A stretch of 64,000 nucleotides of DNA from an uncultured Verrucomicrobiae bacterium (GCA_963788655.1 CAWBHS010000062.1:1-64000), one strand, 5' to 3'; shown: positions 43,135 through 54,574, counted from the stretch's first letter. Program-made: numbers and translations. The notes: generated by a model from the letters alone, not told the origin.

Positions 43135-44628
43135 TCAATCTTTGCACCGCCCGCGGCGGAGTCCGTCTTCGGCTCCGTCTTCTGGGGCTCGGCTGGCGCT
43201 GTGGCTGCCTTTGGAGCTTCCGTCTTGGGAGGCCGCAGGAGTCACTGCCGGTTTTTCTGTCGTCGGTGCGGTGGCGGCTGGTTTGGCCGTTTCTGGTTTG
43301 ACGGGAGCCGCGTTTGTCTCCGTTTTCGCCGGAGCCGGCATCGCAACAGCGGCCTTGCCTTCTTCCTTCTTGGGTGCCGGCGGTGCTTCGGTCTTCCCGG
43401 GCAGTGGGGGCGGAGGAACCGGTTGAGCAATTTGCTTCTTCGGCGTCACGGGCAAAGTCGAAGCACTCTTCGGTTCTTCTTTCTTTTCTTCCTTCTTCTC
43501 CGCCAGTAAATCAGCGCGCGTCTTCAGGAACGGCTCCACGGTGTATTTGGATACCAGGTAGGTCCATTTCTCGCAGGCCTGTTCGTTCTTCAACTTGGTT
43601 TCCAGTTTGTCGGTTTTCTCTTTGAATTCCTTGTCGAGCTTTTCCTTGTCTTCTTTCTTTTCATCCTTGCCGGGCGTGCGTTCCTTGGGAATGTCGGCAC
43701 TGACCGCCACTTTGAAATAGTAGTTGTTGTCGTCCGCGGTCTCGTTCCCAATCTTGAGCTTGTAGGTGAATCCTTCAAACGTGCGCATGGTGGCTTCAAT
43801 GGGATGATCCATGCCGGTGACGGTGGCTTCATCGTTGGTGGCCACATCGTTAAAGGAAGCGTATGACAATGCGCTGGTCACACTGGAAATTTTCGTCTTG
43901 TCCAATTCCTCGCCCGGTTTCGCGTCCGCGAGTTTCCAATCGCCGGCTTCGGTCGGACGTTCCAGCGTCCAACTGTTCGTGGCGTTGGTGGATGTCACGG
44001 AGATGTAATTCGGTTTTTCGACTTTGAACCAGTCTTTGCTGATCCAATCCTGGGCGCGGGGGGCAAGCTGGGTCAACGGATCGGAAACCAACGCAATATC
44101 GTTCGGGCTGCCGTCCACCATCACGTAGCGGCCAACCGGATACGAGGAATCCCCGCCATAGGGGGATGGTTGAGAGGATTCGCGCATGACCTCTTTGCCC
44201 AGCAACAGCGTCTTGGTGGCCTTACCGGAATTGTCTTTGAACTCCACCAGCGTGGCATCGCCGTTTTTGGTGGGAGGCACCAACCCCAACGCCGGCAGAC
44301 GAGCGGGCGCCGCGTTGACGGCCTTGGCGATTTTAATGTCCACCAACTTGCGCAACTCTTCCGCCAGTTTGCCAAAATTGGCCGGGTACCCGTTACGCTC
44401 CTTCACCGTCCAAGTATCGCCGGTCTTGACCAAGTCCACGGCGTTGGAGCTGTTTTGAATATGAACCGTCGCCACCGAATTGATGTCGTAATCTTTGCCC
44501 AGCAACTTGCTGCCCATTTTCTGGGACGCGCGCTTGAACGAGGAGTCTTGGGTTTTCATGATGTACAAACCCGCACCGCCCAAAATCAATCCGAGGACAA
44601 TAATCAACAACAGTTGTTTCTTGCTCAT
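43135..44628 (-). CDS. DUF4340-like protein with Pro/Ala/Lys-rich tail (tail probably frameshifted, continuing towards 42950)
   Basis: N-terminal membrane anchor; position after gldG-like gene; low-complexity C-terminus. Confidence 0.75.
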   Translation of the reverse strand: MSKKQLLLIIVLGLILGGAGLYIMKTQDSSFKRASQKMGSKLLGKDYDINSVATVHIQNSSNAVDLVKTGDTWTVKERNGYPANFGKLAEELRKLVDIKIAKAVNAAPARLPALGLVPPTKNGDATLVEFKDNSGKATKTLLLGKEVMRESSQPSPYGGDSSYPVGRYVMVDGSPNDIALVSDPLTQLAPRAQDWISKDWFKVEKPNYISVTSTNATNSWTLERPTEAGDWKLADAKPGEELDKTKISSVTSALSYASFNDVATNDEATVTGMDHPIEATMRTFEGFTYKLKIGNETADDNNYYFKVAVSADIPKERTPGKDEKKEDKEKLDKEFKEKTDKLETKLKNEQACEKWTYLVSKYTVEPFLKTRADLLAEKKEEKKEEPKSASTLPVTPKKQIAQPVPPPPLPGKTEAPPAPKKEEGKAAVAMPAPAKTETNAAPVKPETAKPAATAPTTEKPAVTPAASQDGSSKGSHSASRAPEDGAEDGLRRGRCKD

Positions 44629-44706
44629 GTGTTCAGTTCTTCAGTTTGAATCCGTATCGTGCTACAGAAAAAAGGTTCATCTGCTCGCCCGCCGAGCCGC
44701 CGGGCC

Positions 44707-46608
44707 TCACCGTGCCACCGTCTTGCGCTTGCGAACAATGGCCAGCGCAATCCCCAAAATCGTCACCAGCAAGGGCATCCCGGCGATGTTCGCCCACTTG
44801 AGTTCATTCTCCAGACTCTCTTCATCGCGACGCAATTTCTTACGAACCTCGCGCAGCGCCCGATTGGCTTCGGCTTGTTTTTGTTGGAGATTGGCCATTT
44901 CGGTCCGGGCTTCGGGCGACAAGATAAAGCGTTGGTTGCCCTCCTTCTTGCTTTGGATCTCGCTGATCTTTTGCTGGGCTTCCTGCAATTGCTTCTCGAA
45001 GCCGGCAATTTGGGCTTGATAACGTTTTTGCGCTTCAGCCCGCATGTCTTCGACAACGGTGAAAGGCCGGCGAATGCTGGCCCGGCTGCGGGCGCCAATC
45101 AGGTTGATGTCACCCGCCATCTGTTCGGTAATGCTCTGTACAAAAGTGAGGTTGCCGTTGAACGGTTGCGCCAGTCCGAAGATGGGCAGTTTGCGCACGC
45201 AGAAATTGTCATAGATCATGTCCGCGTCGCCAATCAGGTACACGAAGTTGTCATTCTTGGACTCTTTTAGGTATTCCTTGGCCGGCTCCGCGGCTTTTTC
45301 CTTGTCCTTGTCGGCTTCGCTTGTGGACGTGTCGGCCGGTTTGCCATCCGGAAACGCCGTCTTGAATTTGCCCGTCAAGCGGACGGCCAGATTCAGGTCC
45401 AGGCCGCTGGGTTTGAAATCCGTGACAATTTTTTGCCCGCCGCCCTGGGCCATGAAGGTTTCCACCATTTCCGAATTGGTCGAGGAGTGGAGCAGCGTTT
45501 CCATGCTCAGTCCCTTGACCGGAGTGCCGGTGAATGCGCCGGCCGCCGGCATGAGAATGTTGTCGAACTGGCTCATGATCGCATCCTGGCTGTCGATGCC
45601 GCGCTTGTTGAGGAACAGCCAGGTGGGTTCGAGGCGCTGGCGTCCATCTGGCCCGGCCAAATCGGCCTTCATGAAATTCAAGTCCGCGACCACTTTGCCG
45701 GTGTTAAAATCGATGCCCCAGGCAGCAAACAACTTGGGCAGCGAACTGCCGTTGCCCATTTGCATGCCCATCGGCCCCGGATTGGATTGATCCACCAGGC
45801 ACAACGGATCGACAAAGGCCACCAGCTTGCCGCCGCGCAGCACGAACTGGTCAAGGGCAAACTGGGCCTTGTCCGTAATGCCCTTCGGATGAATCACCAG
45901 CAGCACCTGGATGTTTTGGGGGATTTCCTCGACCTCCATGCCAACCGTTTCCACTTCAAAATCGCGCTTCAATTCATTGATGATGATCCACGGCGGCGTG
46001 CCCTGCTGGCCCATGCGCATCATATTCGGATTGGCAGGCATGCCGTTGAGCGGCAAGGGGGACATCACGCCCACCACGGGTTTGTTGGTGCTCATCACCT
46101 GGGAAATGGTGCGGGCCAGATCGTATTCCAATAACCGCTCGCGCTCCGGGGTCAGAAAGGGCAACGACGCTTTGGCCGGTTCCTGGCTGACCGCCACGCC
46201 GAGGTAGAATTGTTCACCGCCCGGCAGGTTGCGCGGCTCGATGCCATCCAACCGCGCCAGATCTTCCGCCTCGGAATCCGGCTCCGGATCAAACTTACGG
46301 ATCTCGATGTTCTGGGGATTCTGTTGACGGAATTCCTGGAGCAAATCCTCAACGCTTTGGGCGTAATTCTTGTACTGCGACGGCACCTGTTGCTCGCTCT
46401 TCGAGTAGTAGAAACGCACCTCGACCGGCGAATCGATGCGGTGCAGAATTTCCTTGGTGCCGGGTGACAGGGTGTAGAGTTTGTCTTCGGTCATGTCCAC
46501 GCGCATCCGGATCGCGTTGAAGATCAAATTCACGCCCACGACGACCAGGAACATGAACGCCACGCCAATGGCGGAGTAGAGCAGAGTCTCAGTTTTTTTG
46601 TGCTTCAT
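44707..46608 (-). CDS. GldG-like ABC transporter auxiliary protein
   Basis: RVDMTEDKLYTLSPGT, LEYDLARTI, ALDQFVLRGGKLVAFVDP; C-terminal transmembrane helix. Confidence 0.88.
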   Translation of the reverse strand: MKHKKTETLLYSAIGVAFMFLVVVGVNLIFNAIRMRVDMTEDKLYTLSPGTKEILHRIDSPVEVRFYYSKSEQQVPSQYKNYAQSVEDLLQEFRQQNPQNIEIRKFDPEPDSEAEDLARLDGIEPRNLPGGEQFYLGVAVSQEPAKASLPFLTPERERLLEYDLARTISQVMSTNKPVVGVMSPLPLNGMPANPNMMRMGQQGTPPWIIINELKRDFEVETVGMEVEEIPQNIQVLLVIHPKGITDKAQFALDQFVLRGGKLVAFVDPLCLVDQSNPGPMGMQMGNGSSLPKLFAAWGIDFNTGKVVADLNFMKADLAGPDGRQRLEPTWLFLNKRGIDSQDAIMSQFDNILMPAAGAFTGTPVKGLSMETLLHSSTNSEMVETFMAQGGGQKIVTDFKPSGLDLNLAVRLTGKFKTAFPDGKPADTSTSEADKDKEKAAEPAKEYLKESKNDNFVYLIGDADMIYDNFCVRKLPIFGLAQPFNGNLTFVQSITEQMAGDINLIGARSRASIRRPFTVVEDMRAEAQKRYQAQIAGFEKQLQEAQQKISEIQSKKEGNQRFILSPEARTEMANLQQKQAEANRALREVRKKLRRDEESLENELKWANIAGMPLLVTILGIALAIVRKRKTVAR

Positions 46609-46669
46609 AGTGCAAACGCTTCGTTCGGAGAATTCTCATCAAGTTTCATCAAACCACGGGCCCCGGGCC

Positions 46670-47416
46670 TCATCCGGCCCGCAAGTTGCGCAGAATCACC
46701 CCGGTGCAAAACAGCGGGAAAATGGTCAACGATGCAAAGAAAACCAAGTCCCGCAGATCGATGACTCCGCGCTGAAAGCCGATGAAATGCGGCATTACGC
46801 TGAACGAGGACACCAACGATACCAACCACTCCGGCGCCCAACGGACCAACAAATTGGTCACTGGCTCCCACCCCGCCAGGATCAGGAAGAAACAAATCAC
46901 GACCGACAGAATAAAACTGATGACCTGGTTACGCGTGATAGCTGAAGTCATGCACGTCACGGCCAAATAGCCGCCCGCCAGCAACAGGCTGCCCAGATAG
47001 CCGGCAAAGATGGCGGACACGTCCGCGTCCCCCAGGAAACAAACGGTCAGGAACACCGGGAACGTCAGGGCGAGGGCCAGGATCAGGAACAGCCAACTGG
47101 CGATGAACTTGCCGACAATCGCCTGCCAGGGGGTAATCGGCATGGTCAGCAGCAATTCCATGGTGTGGAGCCGCCGTTCCTCGGACCACAACCGCATCCC
47201 AGCGGCCGGCACGAGGAACAGGTACAGCCACGGGTGCCACATAAAAAATGACGCCAGAGAGGCCTCGCCCCGGTCGAAGAAGCCGCCCAGCATGAACGTG
47301 AAGAAACCCGCCAGTAGCAGGAAGATCACAATAAACACGTACGCCACCGGGGTATAGAAATAGGCGCTCAATTCCCGTTTGGCGATGGTCCAGGTATTTT
47401 GCCAGGCACTAGTCAT
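46670..47416 (-). CDS. ABC-2 permease, GldF-like
   Basis: KRELSAYFYTPVAY, MRLWSEERR..ELLLTMP, GKF, TRNQVI. Confidence 0.9.
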   Translation of the reverse strand: MTSAWQNTWTIAKRELSAYFYTPVAYVFIVIFLLLAGFFTFMLGGFFDRGEASLASFFMWHPWLYLFLVPAAGMRLWSEERRLHTMELLLTMPITPWQAIVGKFIASWLFLILALALTFPVFLTVCFLGDADVSAIFAGYLGSLLLAGGYLAVTCMTSAITRNQVISFILSVVICFFLILAGWEPVTNLLVRWAPEWLVSLVSSFSVMPHFIGFQRGVIDLRDLVFFASLTIFPLFCTGVILRNLRAG

Positions 47417-48411
47417 GGCTGCACCTCCGCGACTGGGGCTTCGACCGCCCGTTCTCGTTCCGTTGCCGTTTCGGACCAAGTGATATTGCGAAACACTTCG
47501 TCCAATCGTCCTTCTTCCGTATGTAATTCATCAATCGTCCATCCTTCCGTCGTGGTGACCTCAGCCACCAATCGCGCCAATTCACCGTCGGCCGTTTTCG
47601 GCTTGGGATAGGCCCGGGCCCAAACCGCTCCCTGTTGGGTTTTCACAATCGCGGCCTTGCGGGCCAAAGGCACGGCCGCCAGCTTTTGTTTCACCAAGTC
47701 CGCCGCCACATTGAGGACGCGCAACGATACCGCGCCGGCTATATCGGATTTTTGCTTGAGATCATCCGGGGTGCCGTTGGCCACGATCTTGCCGCGGTCA
47801 ATGATGATCGCCCGCGTGCAAGCGGCATCGACTTCCTCCAAAATGTGCGTCGAAAAAATGATCGCCTTCTTCTCGCCCATCCGCCGGATCAACTGCCGCA
47901 CCTCGTGTTTCTGATTGGGGTCCAACCCGTCGGTGGGTTCGTCCAACACGAGCACCTCCGGATCATGAATGATCGACTGGGCAAAGCAGGTGCGGTGGCG
48001 ATAGCCCTTGGACAACGTATCCACACTCTGGTGCAACACGGGTTCGAGGAAACACAGTTCCACGGCGCGGTTGACCGCCTTGCGCCTGGCGTCGCCGCTC
48101 AACCCGCGCAGCGACGCGCAAAAGTTGAGGAAGCCATGGACGGTCATGTCATTATAGGAAGGCGCATTCTCCGGCAGGTAACCGATCAGCCGTTTCGCCG
48201 GGATGGGATTTTCGGCCATGTCATGCCCCCCCACCGTCACCTTCCCATCCGTAGGCGGGATAAATCCGGTAATCATCCGCATCGTCGTGGACTTGCCCGC
48301 CCCATTGGGTCCGAGGAAGCCCAGGACTTCGCCACGTTCCACCGCAAAAGACACGTGATCGACGGCCTTTTTCGGTCCAAACGATTTCGACAAATTCTGA
48401 ACTTTAATCAT
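47413..48411 (-). CDS. ABC transporter ATP-binding protein, GldA-like
   Basis: GPNGAGKSTT, LSKGYR, LDEPTDGLDP, STH. Confidence 0.93.
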   Translation of the reverse strand: MIKVQNLSKSFGPKKAVDHVSFAVERGEVLGFLGPNGAGKSTTMRMITGFIPPTDGKVTVGGHDMAENPIPAKRLIGYLPENAPSYNDMTVHGFLNFCASLRGLSGDARRKAVNRAVELCFLEPVLHQSVDTLSKGYRHRTCFAQSIIHDPEVLVLDEPTDGLDPNQKHEVRQLIRRMGEKKAIIFSTHILEEVDAACTRAIIIDRGKIVANGTPDDLKQKSDIAGAVSLRVLNVAADLVKQKLAAVPLARKAAIVKTQQGAVWARAYPKPKTADGELARLVAEVTTTEGWTIDELHTEEGRLDEVFRNITWSETATERERAVEAPVAEVQP

Positions 48412-48682
48412 GTTGCGTTGTTCCCAAAACCATTGGAATGGTCGTTCCAAATAACTTTTCGTTCCGGGGATGTAAAGTGGTTTTCTTACGCTGGCGAATT
48501 ACATTTTTGTAATCCGCGCGTAACCTTTCTGAATCGCAGGTGATTGACGGACACGGATCAAACCGAGTTCATTTCGTCAGTCGCCCGCGAGCAATCCGCA
48601 ACCGATCGGCAGACGCACCAGGGCGATTGTTTGGGGTAGAGTTGGAAACGATTGGCGCGCGGTTCGGGCGCCCTTCGATAAG

Positions 48683-48726
48683 TCGCGCCAGCGTTTGGTA
48701 TGCGTCCGGCTGGCCGGCGCTTTCGA
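48683..48726. repeat. REP-like unit related to 56682-56830
   Basis: Near-identical to the reverse complement of 56787-56830. Confidence 0.7.
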
Positions 48727-48887
48727 ACATCGGGCATCTCATATTCCGGAAGCCGTTCCTAATTACGGTCGGGGTCCAAGCAATCTCCCGTGAACCGGAG
48801 CAATTGGGATTTCGGCCTTTTGCTCCACCCTTTTGGCGTGACGGCGCGGCGGGATTATGGAACGGTTGCCGGCCAGATCACTGCATT

Positions 48888-49730
48888 ATGGAAATCAAGA
48901 AAGCCATTCTGACTGCCGCCGGCAAGCACCAGCGCACTCTGCCCCTGCAAACACTGGTGGATCGCGACGGGACCACCAAATCCGCCCTGGCCATTTTGAT
49001 CGAAGAAATTCTGGCCGCGCGCATCGACGAAGTGTGTGTCGTGGTTTCGCCCGGTGATGAACACGCCTACACGACCGCCGCCGGCGAACACGCCGGACGC
49101 CTGCATTTTGTGGCGCAGAAGTCACCGCGCGGATACGGACACGCGGTCGTTTCGGCCCACGAATTCGTGGGCGACCAACCCTTCCTGTTGCTGGTGGGCG
49201 ATCATCTGTATGTCAGCGGCACCAACCGACGTTGCGCGGCGCAACTGGTCGAGATCGCCGCCACGGAGAACTGTGCCGTCTCGGCGGTGCAACCCACTCA
49301 CGAGAGCAAGTTGCCCTTTTACGGCACCATCGGCGGACGGCGAGTCGCGGGACGCAAAGGTCTTTATGAAGTGGCCGAAGTGCTGGAGAAACCGACCCCC
49401 ACCGAAGCGGAGCAGAAACTGATCGTTCCCGGATTGCGAGCGGGACATTATCTCTGTTTTTTCGGCATGCACGTGTTGACTTCCGCCGTGATGCAGATTC
49501 TGGCGGACGAGGTTTCCCGGGAAGACCAATCCGACCATATCCACTTGACGCCTGCTCTGGCCAAATTAGCCGCCCGCGAGCGTTATTTGGCCGGCGAATT
49601 GGAAGGACGCCGTTATGATATTGGCGTCAAATACGGTCTGCTCACCGCGCAACTGGCCCTCGCTCTCGACGGCCAGGATCGGGACGAGGTGTTGACCGGG
49701 TTGGTCGAGTTGTTGGCCGCGCGAAAGTAA
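48888..49730 (+). CDS. Sugar-phosphate nucleotidyltransferase (UTP-glucose-1-phosphate uridylyltransferase-like)
   Basis: [32 protein letters not shown]. Confidence 0.85.
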   Translation: MEIKKAILTAAGKHQRTLPLQTLVDRDGTTKSALAILIEEILAARIDEVCVVVSPGDEHAYTTAAGEHAGRLHFVAQKSPRGYGHAVVSAHEFVGDQPFLLLVGDHLYVSGTNRRCAAQLVEIAATENCAVSAVQPTHESKLPFYGTIGGRRVAGRKGLYEVAEVLEKPTPTEAEQKLIVPGLRAGHYLCFFGMHVLTSAVMQILADEVSREDQSDHIHLTPALAKLAARERYLAGELEGRRYDIGVKYGLLTAQLALALDGQDRDEVLTGLVELLAARK

Positions 49731-49772
49731 ACGTGAGGCGGGAGCGTCATTCAAATTGGCTACCTTCGTCAC

Positions 49773-49888
49773 GAATGACCAAGGCCCAATGACCAATGAC
49801 CAGTTGATCAACTGACCGCAGTTCGAACTTTGGCTGGTCATTGGGATTTGGGCATTCTCTGGGCCTTGGTCATTGGTCATTGGCCATT
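49773..49888. repeat. Inverted arrays of AATGACC/GGTCATT heptamer repeats between convergent genes
   Basis: AATGACCAAGGCCCAATGACCAATGACC ... GGGCCTTGGTCATTGGTCATTGG. Confidence 0.75.
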
Positions 49889-49943
49889 CCGGACGCTTCC
49901 CCGGTGCCGCGGCAGGGAAAACCCAGCCCCAACCGAATGTCTA

Positions 49944-50987
49944 TCAGGCGTGCTTGCGATGCGAATGGCGTTCGGCGGAATTGTCGGCGGCAAAAATCAC
50001 TTGGTGCGTTCGCAAGGCGTCCGCCAAACTGGTCAAGGGCATGTCGTAGCCCGCGTCCAAGGCGGTGAAGAACGCTTCAAACAACGCCTGGTACGGATGA
50101 TCGTCGGCCTTACCGGAATCGAGCAGTTTCATGGACAACTCGCTCCACTGGTGATTGTCCAGCCCCGGCAGGTAGGTCGAATAGAATTTGTTGTCGAGCA
50201 ATGTTCCTTCACTGCCAACCAGGTGGACGTGAAAATAATATGGACCGTGACTATCGATCACCGAGGCCACCTTGCCCACGCGTCCATCTTTGAACTTCAG
50301 GATCGTGACGCTGGTGGTGGGATATTCGTATTGGGAAAAATCACGGTTCGCCGAATGGGTGTTGTAACTGCTGACCACCTCGACGTCCGCTCCCATGCAA
50401 TAAAGCAGCGCGTCGAGGGCATGGCACCCTGCCGACAGCAGGCTGCTGCCGCCGGATGATTTGTGGATGTTCCAACGATATTGGCCGTACTCCGGACCGA
50501 TACCGTGGTAATAATCCACTTCCCCGTAATGAATCTTGCCCAGCAGACCGCGATCGATCATGGCTTTGGTGGCCTGGATTTGACTCGAATAGCGGCACTC
50601 GAAGCAGACGCACGTCTTGACCTTGGCCTCGCGCACGGCCTTTTCAATGGCCAGGCAATCCTCCCAATTGAAGGCCAGCGGCTTTTCGATGATGAGATGC
50701 TTGCCCGCCTTGGCGCCCAGAATTGCCTGCATCGCATGGTGCTCCGGATAGCTGCAGATCGCCACCACCTGGATGTTTTTATCGGCCAACAGAGCTTCCA
50801 ACTTGTTGTAAACGGTGATGGCGCAGCCATGCTTGGCACTGAGTTGGGCGGCATCCAGTTTGCGGGTGGAACAAACGGCCGTGACCTGGCCCAAGGAGGT
50901 GGCATTGATCGCGGAAATATGTGCGCTGCTAACCCAGCCGTAACCGATGATTCCTACGTTGTATTTTTTCGCTGTCATAACGGGCAT
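49944..50987 (-). CDS. Gfo/Idh/MocA family oxidoreductase
   Basis: GIIGYGWV, AGKHLIIEKP, GGSSLLSAGCHALD. Confidence 0.92.
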   Translation of the reverse strand: MPVMTAKKYNVGIIGYGWVSSAHISAINATSLGQVTAVCSTRKLDAAQLSAKHGCAITVYNKLEALLADKNIQVVAICSYPEHHAMQAILGAKAGKHLIIEKPLAFNWEDCLAIEKAVREAKVKTCVCFECRYSSQIQATKAMIDRGLLGKIHYGEVDYYHGIGPEYGQYRWNIHKSSGGSSLLSAGCHALDALLYCMGADVEVVSSYNTHSANRDFSQYEYPTTSVTILKFKDGRVGKVASVIDSHGPYYFHVHLVGSEGTLLDNKFYSTYLPGLDNHQWSELSMKLLDSGKADDHPYQALFEAFFTALDAGYDMPLTSLADALRTHQVIFAADNSAERHSHRKHA

Positions 50988-51603
50988 TGTCAGTTTGGTT
51001 CAACGCATAACCGATGGCATCGGTTTTGGCCCGGAATGTCAAAGCAAAAGCGAGGGGGCGAATGGGGTGGAGCAGCCTTACCACCCTGCGCATTGTTGGG
51101 CTGCGGACAGGTGCAGTGGGATTTTGCCCAGTACCCGCAAGGAGTTGAGCCGAAGTCTGAGCCCCGATCAGCTCCGTGAGCAGGGATTCAGTTTTCGCCA
51201 GTCGGGCCAGCCCCGAAAGCAAGTGCAGATAGCGCGAGGTATCGGTTACCGGCGCCACCACCACGAAAACGAACCGCACTGCCGTGGTACGGGGAGCGCC
51301 CCACGCCACCGGCTGCGGGCTTCGGCCGAACGCGAACCGCAATCGGTCATCCGAATTGCTCCGGGCATGGGGAAACGCCAAGCCACCGTCGGTGGCGGTG
51401 GATGAAAGATATTCGCGTGTCAATGCCGCATTGTAGAACGGCAAAACATCCTGCACCCAACCCTGGGTGTGCAACACCTGGGTCAACTCCTTGATTACTC
51501 CCGCCATATCGCGCTCCCGAAGTTCCGGTACCACCAAGGATGCATCCGCAAAATCCGCCAGCGACAACGCGGATGGCAGCGAGATGGCAGAACTAAGAGG
51601 CAT
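50929..51603 (-). CDS. PTS IIA (Ntr/fructose-type) domain protein; true 3' end probably near 51100
   Basis: REYLSSTATDGGLAFPHAR (phospho-His motif), YLHLLSGLARL. The track ORF overlaps the next gene, suggesting a late frameshift. Confidence 0.8.
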   Translation of the reverse strand: MPLSSAISLPSALSLADFADASLVVPELRERDMAGVIKELTQVLHTQGWVQDVLPFYNAALTREYLSSTATDGGLAFPHARSNSDDRLRFAFGRSPQPVAWGAPRTTAVRFVFVVVAPVTDTSRYLHLLSGLARLAKTESLLTELIGAQTSAQLLAGTGQNPTAPVRSPTMRRVVRLLHPIRPLAFALTFRAKTDAIGYALNQTDNARYDSEKIQRRNHRLRLG

Positions 51604-51988
51604 TCTCGACGACGCTTTCGACGCTTTTCTTGGTTTTACGCGGCCGCCGCTTGGGAGTCGGTGCTGGATTGGCGGGCGCCGTGGGAGCCACCTCTGCTTC
51701 AAGGTGCAGGTAGCGCCCGCAATTGCCGCAAATCTGAATATCGTCGCCGTGCCGCAACACTTGCATGGCGCCGATGGCCAGGCCCATGTGGCATGCGCGA
51801 CAGACGCCGTTTCGCACCAGGGCGACGCCCTTCTTACCGCGGGCCATCATGCGGTCGTAATGACCCAGAATTTGGGGGGGGATGGTGGCTCGGAGTTTTT
51901 CGACGGCTGCTTTTACCTTGGGGGAATTGACTTTGACTCCCATTTCGATGGTCTGAAGTTCGAACAGATTAGCCATGATTTGCTTCAT
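51593..51988 (-). CDS. Small C4-type zinc-ribbon protein
   Basis: GVCRACHM..ICGNCGRYL; basic tail. Confidence 0.8.
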   Translation of the reverse strand: MKQIMANLFELQTIEMGVKVNSPKVKAAVEKLRATIPPQILGHYDRMMARGKKGVALVRNGVCRACHMGLAIGAMQVLRHGDDIQICGNCGRYLHLEAEVAPTAPANPAPTPKRRPRKTKKSVESVVENAS

Positions 51989-52202
51989 ACCGGAAAGCTC
52001 TCGCAACTGGCGTGCCAGGCTTTAAGCTTCCCGTGCAACCTGTTGCGAAGTAAATGGAATTAAACAATGAACGGATTTCTCAATGCGCGCGAATGAAGTT
52101 CTTAATTGGCGATTAGTGCATTCTTTGCACAAAAATGATTGGAGAAGTGCAGCGAGCTGAGTTGCTATTCCATTTTTCGGCGGGCCCGTTTATGTTCGGC
52201 CA

Positions 52203-53331
52203 ATGAACGTCACGGTACACGGCCGCACCCGCCATTATCGCACCGTCGCTTACGATTCGCGGGCGAATGAAGTGCGGTTGATTGAACAGCGCCGGCTGCC
52301 GCACGGTTTCCAAATCGTCGGCACGCCGGATTATCGCGCGACGGCAGTGGCCATACGCGACATGGTGGTCCGGGGCGCGCCGGCGATTGCCGCTACCGCA
52401 GCTTACGGTCTGGCGCAAGGCGCGCAGAGTTTTCGTGGCAAAGATCCGGCAAAATTCGAGCGGCATCTGGACACGGTTTATCGCGTGTTAAAAGACGCCC
52501 GCCCTACGGCGGTGGATCCGGTCAATGCCATGAACCGTGTGCGTCAGGCCATGAACCGCGGAGCCACGGTGTCGGACCAGCAACAGTTGGCCATTGTCGC
52601 TGCCGAGACCTTCGCTGACGAAAGCGTCGAACACTGCCGGTCCATTGGTGAGCACGGCGCGAAACTAATCCGCGCCGGCGCTCGTGTTTTGACGCATTGT
52701 AATGCCGGGTGGTTGGCGTGCGTGGACATCGGCACCGCGACGGCGCCAATCTACGCGGCGCAAGCCAAAGGCAAGCAATTCCATGTCTTCTGTGATGAAA
52801 CCCGGCCCCGCTGCCAGGGTGCTTCGCTCACCGCTTGGGAGTTGTGCCAGCAAGGGGTTTCGCATCAGGTCATCGCCGACAATGCCGCCGGCCACTTGAT
52901 GCAGCGGGGCGAAATCGATCTGGTCATCGTGGGCAGCGATCGCACGTTGGGCCGCACGGGCGAAGTGGCCAACAAGATCGGCACCTACACCAAAGCCGTG
53001 TTGGCAGCGCGGCACGGGATTCCATTCTACGTGGCCATCCCGCTCTCGACCATCGATTGGAATTTGCGCCGCGGTTTCGACATTCCCATCGAAGAACGGG
53101 ACGCAGCCGAAGTGCTGGGCGCCTGGGGCGCGATTCAAGCGCCAAAGCTCCAAAGGCTGCGGACAAAAACGCACCGGGACATCCACATACATCCGCATCG
53201 CCAATCCCGGCAGCGGCGCGCGCAATCCGGGCTTCGATGTGACCCCGCCCGAACTCATCACCGGCATCATCACGCCGGCTGGGATTTTCAAACCCGCTGA
53301 GTTATGGAAGAATCGAGCACTCCTGAAATAG
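52203..53331 (+). CDS. mtnA: S-methyl-5-thioribose-1-phosphate isomerase, frameshift near 53180
   Basis: [41 protein letters not shown] in the next frame. Confidence 0.93.
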
Positions 53332-53354
53332 AGAGGCAATGAGACGTTAAGCGA

Positions 53355-54250
53355 ATGAACCGAAACCAACCCATCCAACTTGCCTTCGCCATTGCTCTCG
53401 GATTACTGGCCGGTATCGCGATGACCTCGGCCCAGCAAAAGATCGACGAGGCCGGGGAGCAAAAACAATGGGAGGTTCTGAAGAATTGTCGCTTGTTGAC
53501 CAACGCGTTGATGGATGGCGACAGCTTCCATGTTCAATGCCAGGATCGGGAATACATTTTTCGACTGGTACTTTCGTGGATGCCCCTGAGACGGATTCGA
53601 GTCAGCAAGAACGCATCGTTGACCAAGCCGCCTACTTTGGAATTTCTCCCCAGGACATTCCCCGTGCCGGAGAACTGGCCAAGCGCTTGGCGAAGTCCAT
53701 CCTGGAAAAGAAATCGATCACCACCATCACTCGCTGGCGCAGTGCCGGCGGCCGGAGTGCGTTGGCCCGGTTTTATGCAGTCATTCTGGTGGATGACAAA
53801 AACCTCGCCTTCGAGTTGGTGCGGCACGGTCTGGCTCGCATCTATGGTTACCGGGCCAATTGGCCTGACGGACCGCGCTCCACCACGTTTATCAATCAGC
53901 TCAAGAATGCCGAACTTCAGGCCCGGGAACAAAAACTTGGCGTTTGGAATGTGACTCAGTTCCTCCCATCCGAAGACGCCGCCACGGCCCCGCGAACTTC
54001 CATGGCCACGAATCTTCCCGTTGTCCAAACGGAATCCCCGGTTGCTCCCTCGGCTCGAATCGATTTGAACCAGGCCAGCCGTGAAGCACTCATGCGCCTG
54101 CCGGCCATTGGGCCGATACTGGCCGACCGGATTATTGCGCAGCGTCCGTATGCGACCGTGAACGAACTGCGAAATGTCCGGGGCATTGGCCCCAAAACCA
54201 TGGATCGGCTGCGTTCTTTGGTGACCGTGGGTCTGCCGGAGCGGCCATAG
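53355..54250 (+). CDS. Secreted thermonuclease-like domain fused to ComEA-type helix-hairpin-helix domain, frameshift near 53565
   Basis: DGDSFHV..FRL, VDAPET, ELVRHGLAR, AREQKLGVW; IDLNQAS..LPAIGP..RIIAQRP..VRGIGPK. Confidence 0.8.
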
Positions 54251-54574
54251 GGCCGATGTTGAAATCCCGATTCAATGGCCAACAGGCGGTAGCCGACGAC
54301 GCGCGGAGGCGGACGACGAACCAAGACCGAGAAACGAAATCCGAGAAATGAAAAAGTTTGAAGCCCCAAATCCGCATGCACCGGCGTGATGAAGCTTTGA
54401 CTTCCTACGAATTAAATTGGGAGCTGCTTTCGGGAATCGGATTTCGGATTTCCTTTCGGCCTTCGGTCATCGGTCTTTGGATTTTGACCCGTTGCTGTCT
54501 ATTCTGGCGATTTGACACAGACGCCGTTTTGTTGTGTGATGCGCCGCAGTCAACGTTAATTGCTTAAACAGACT

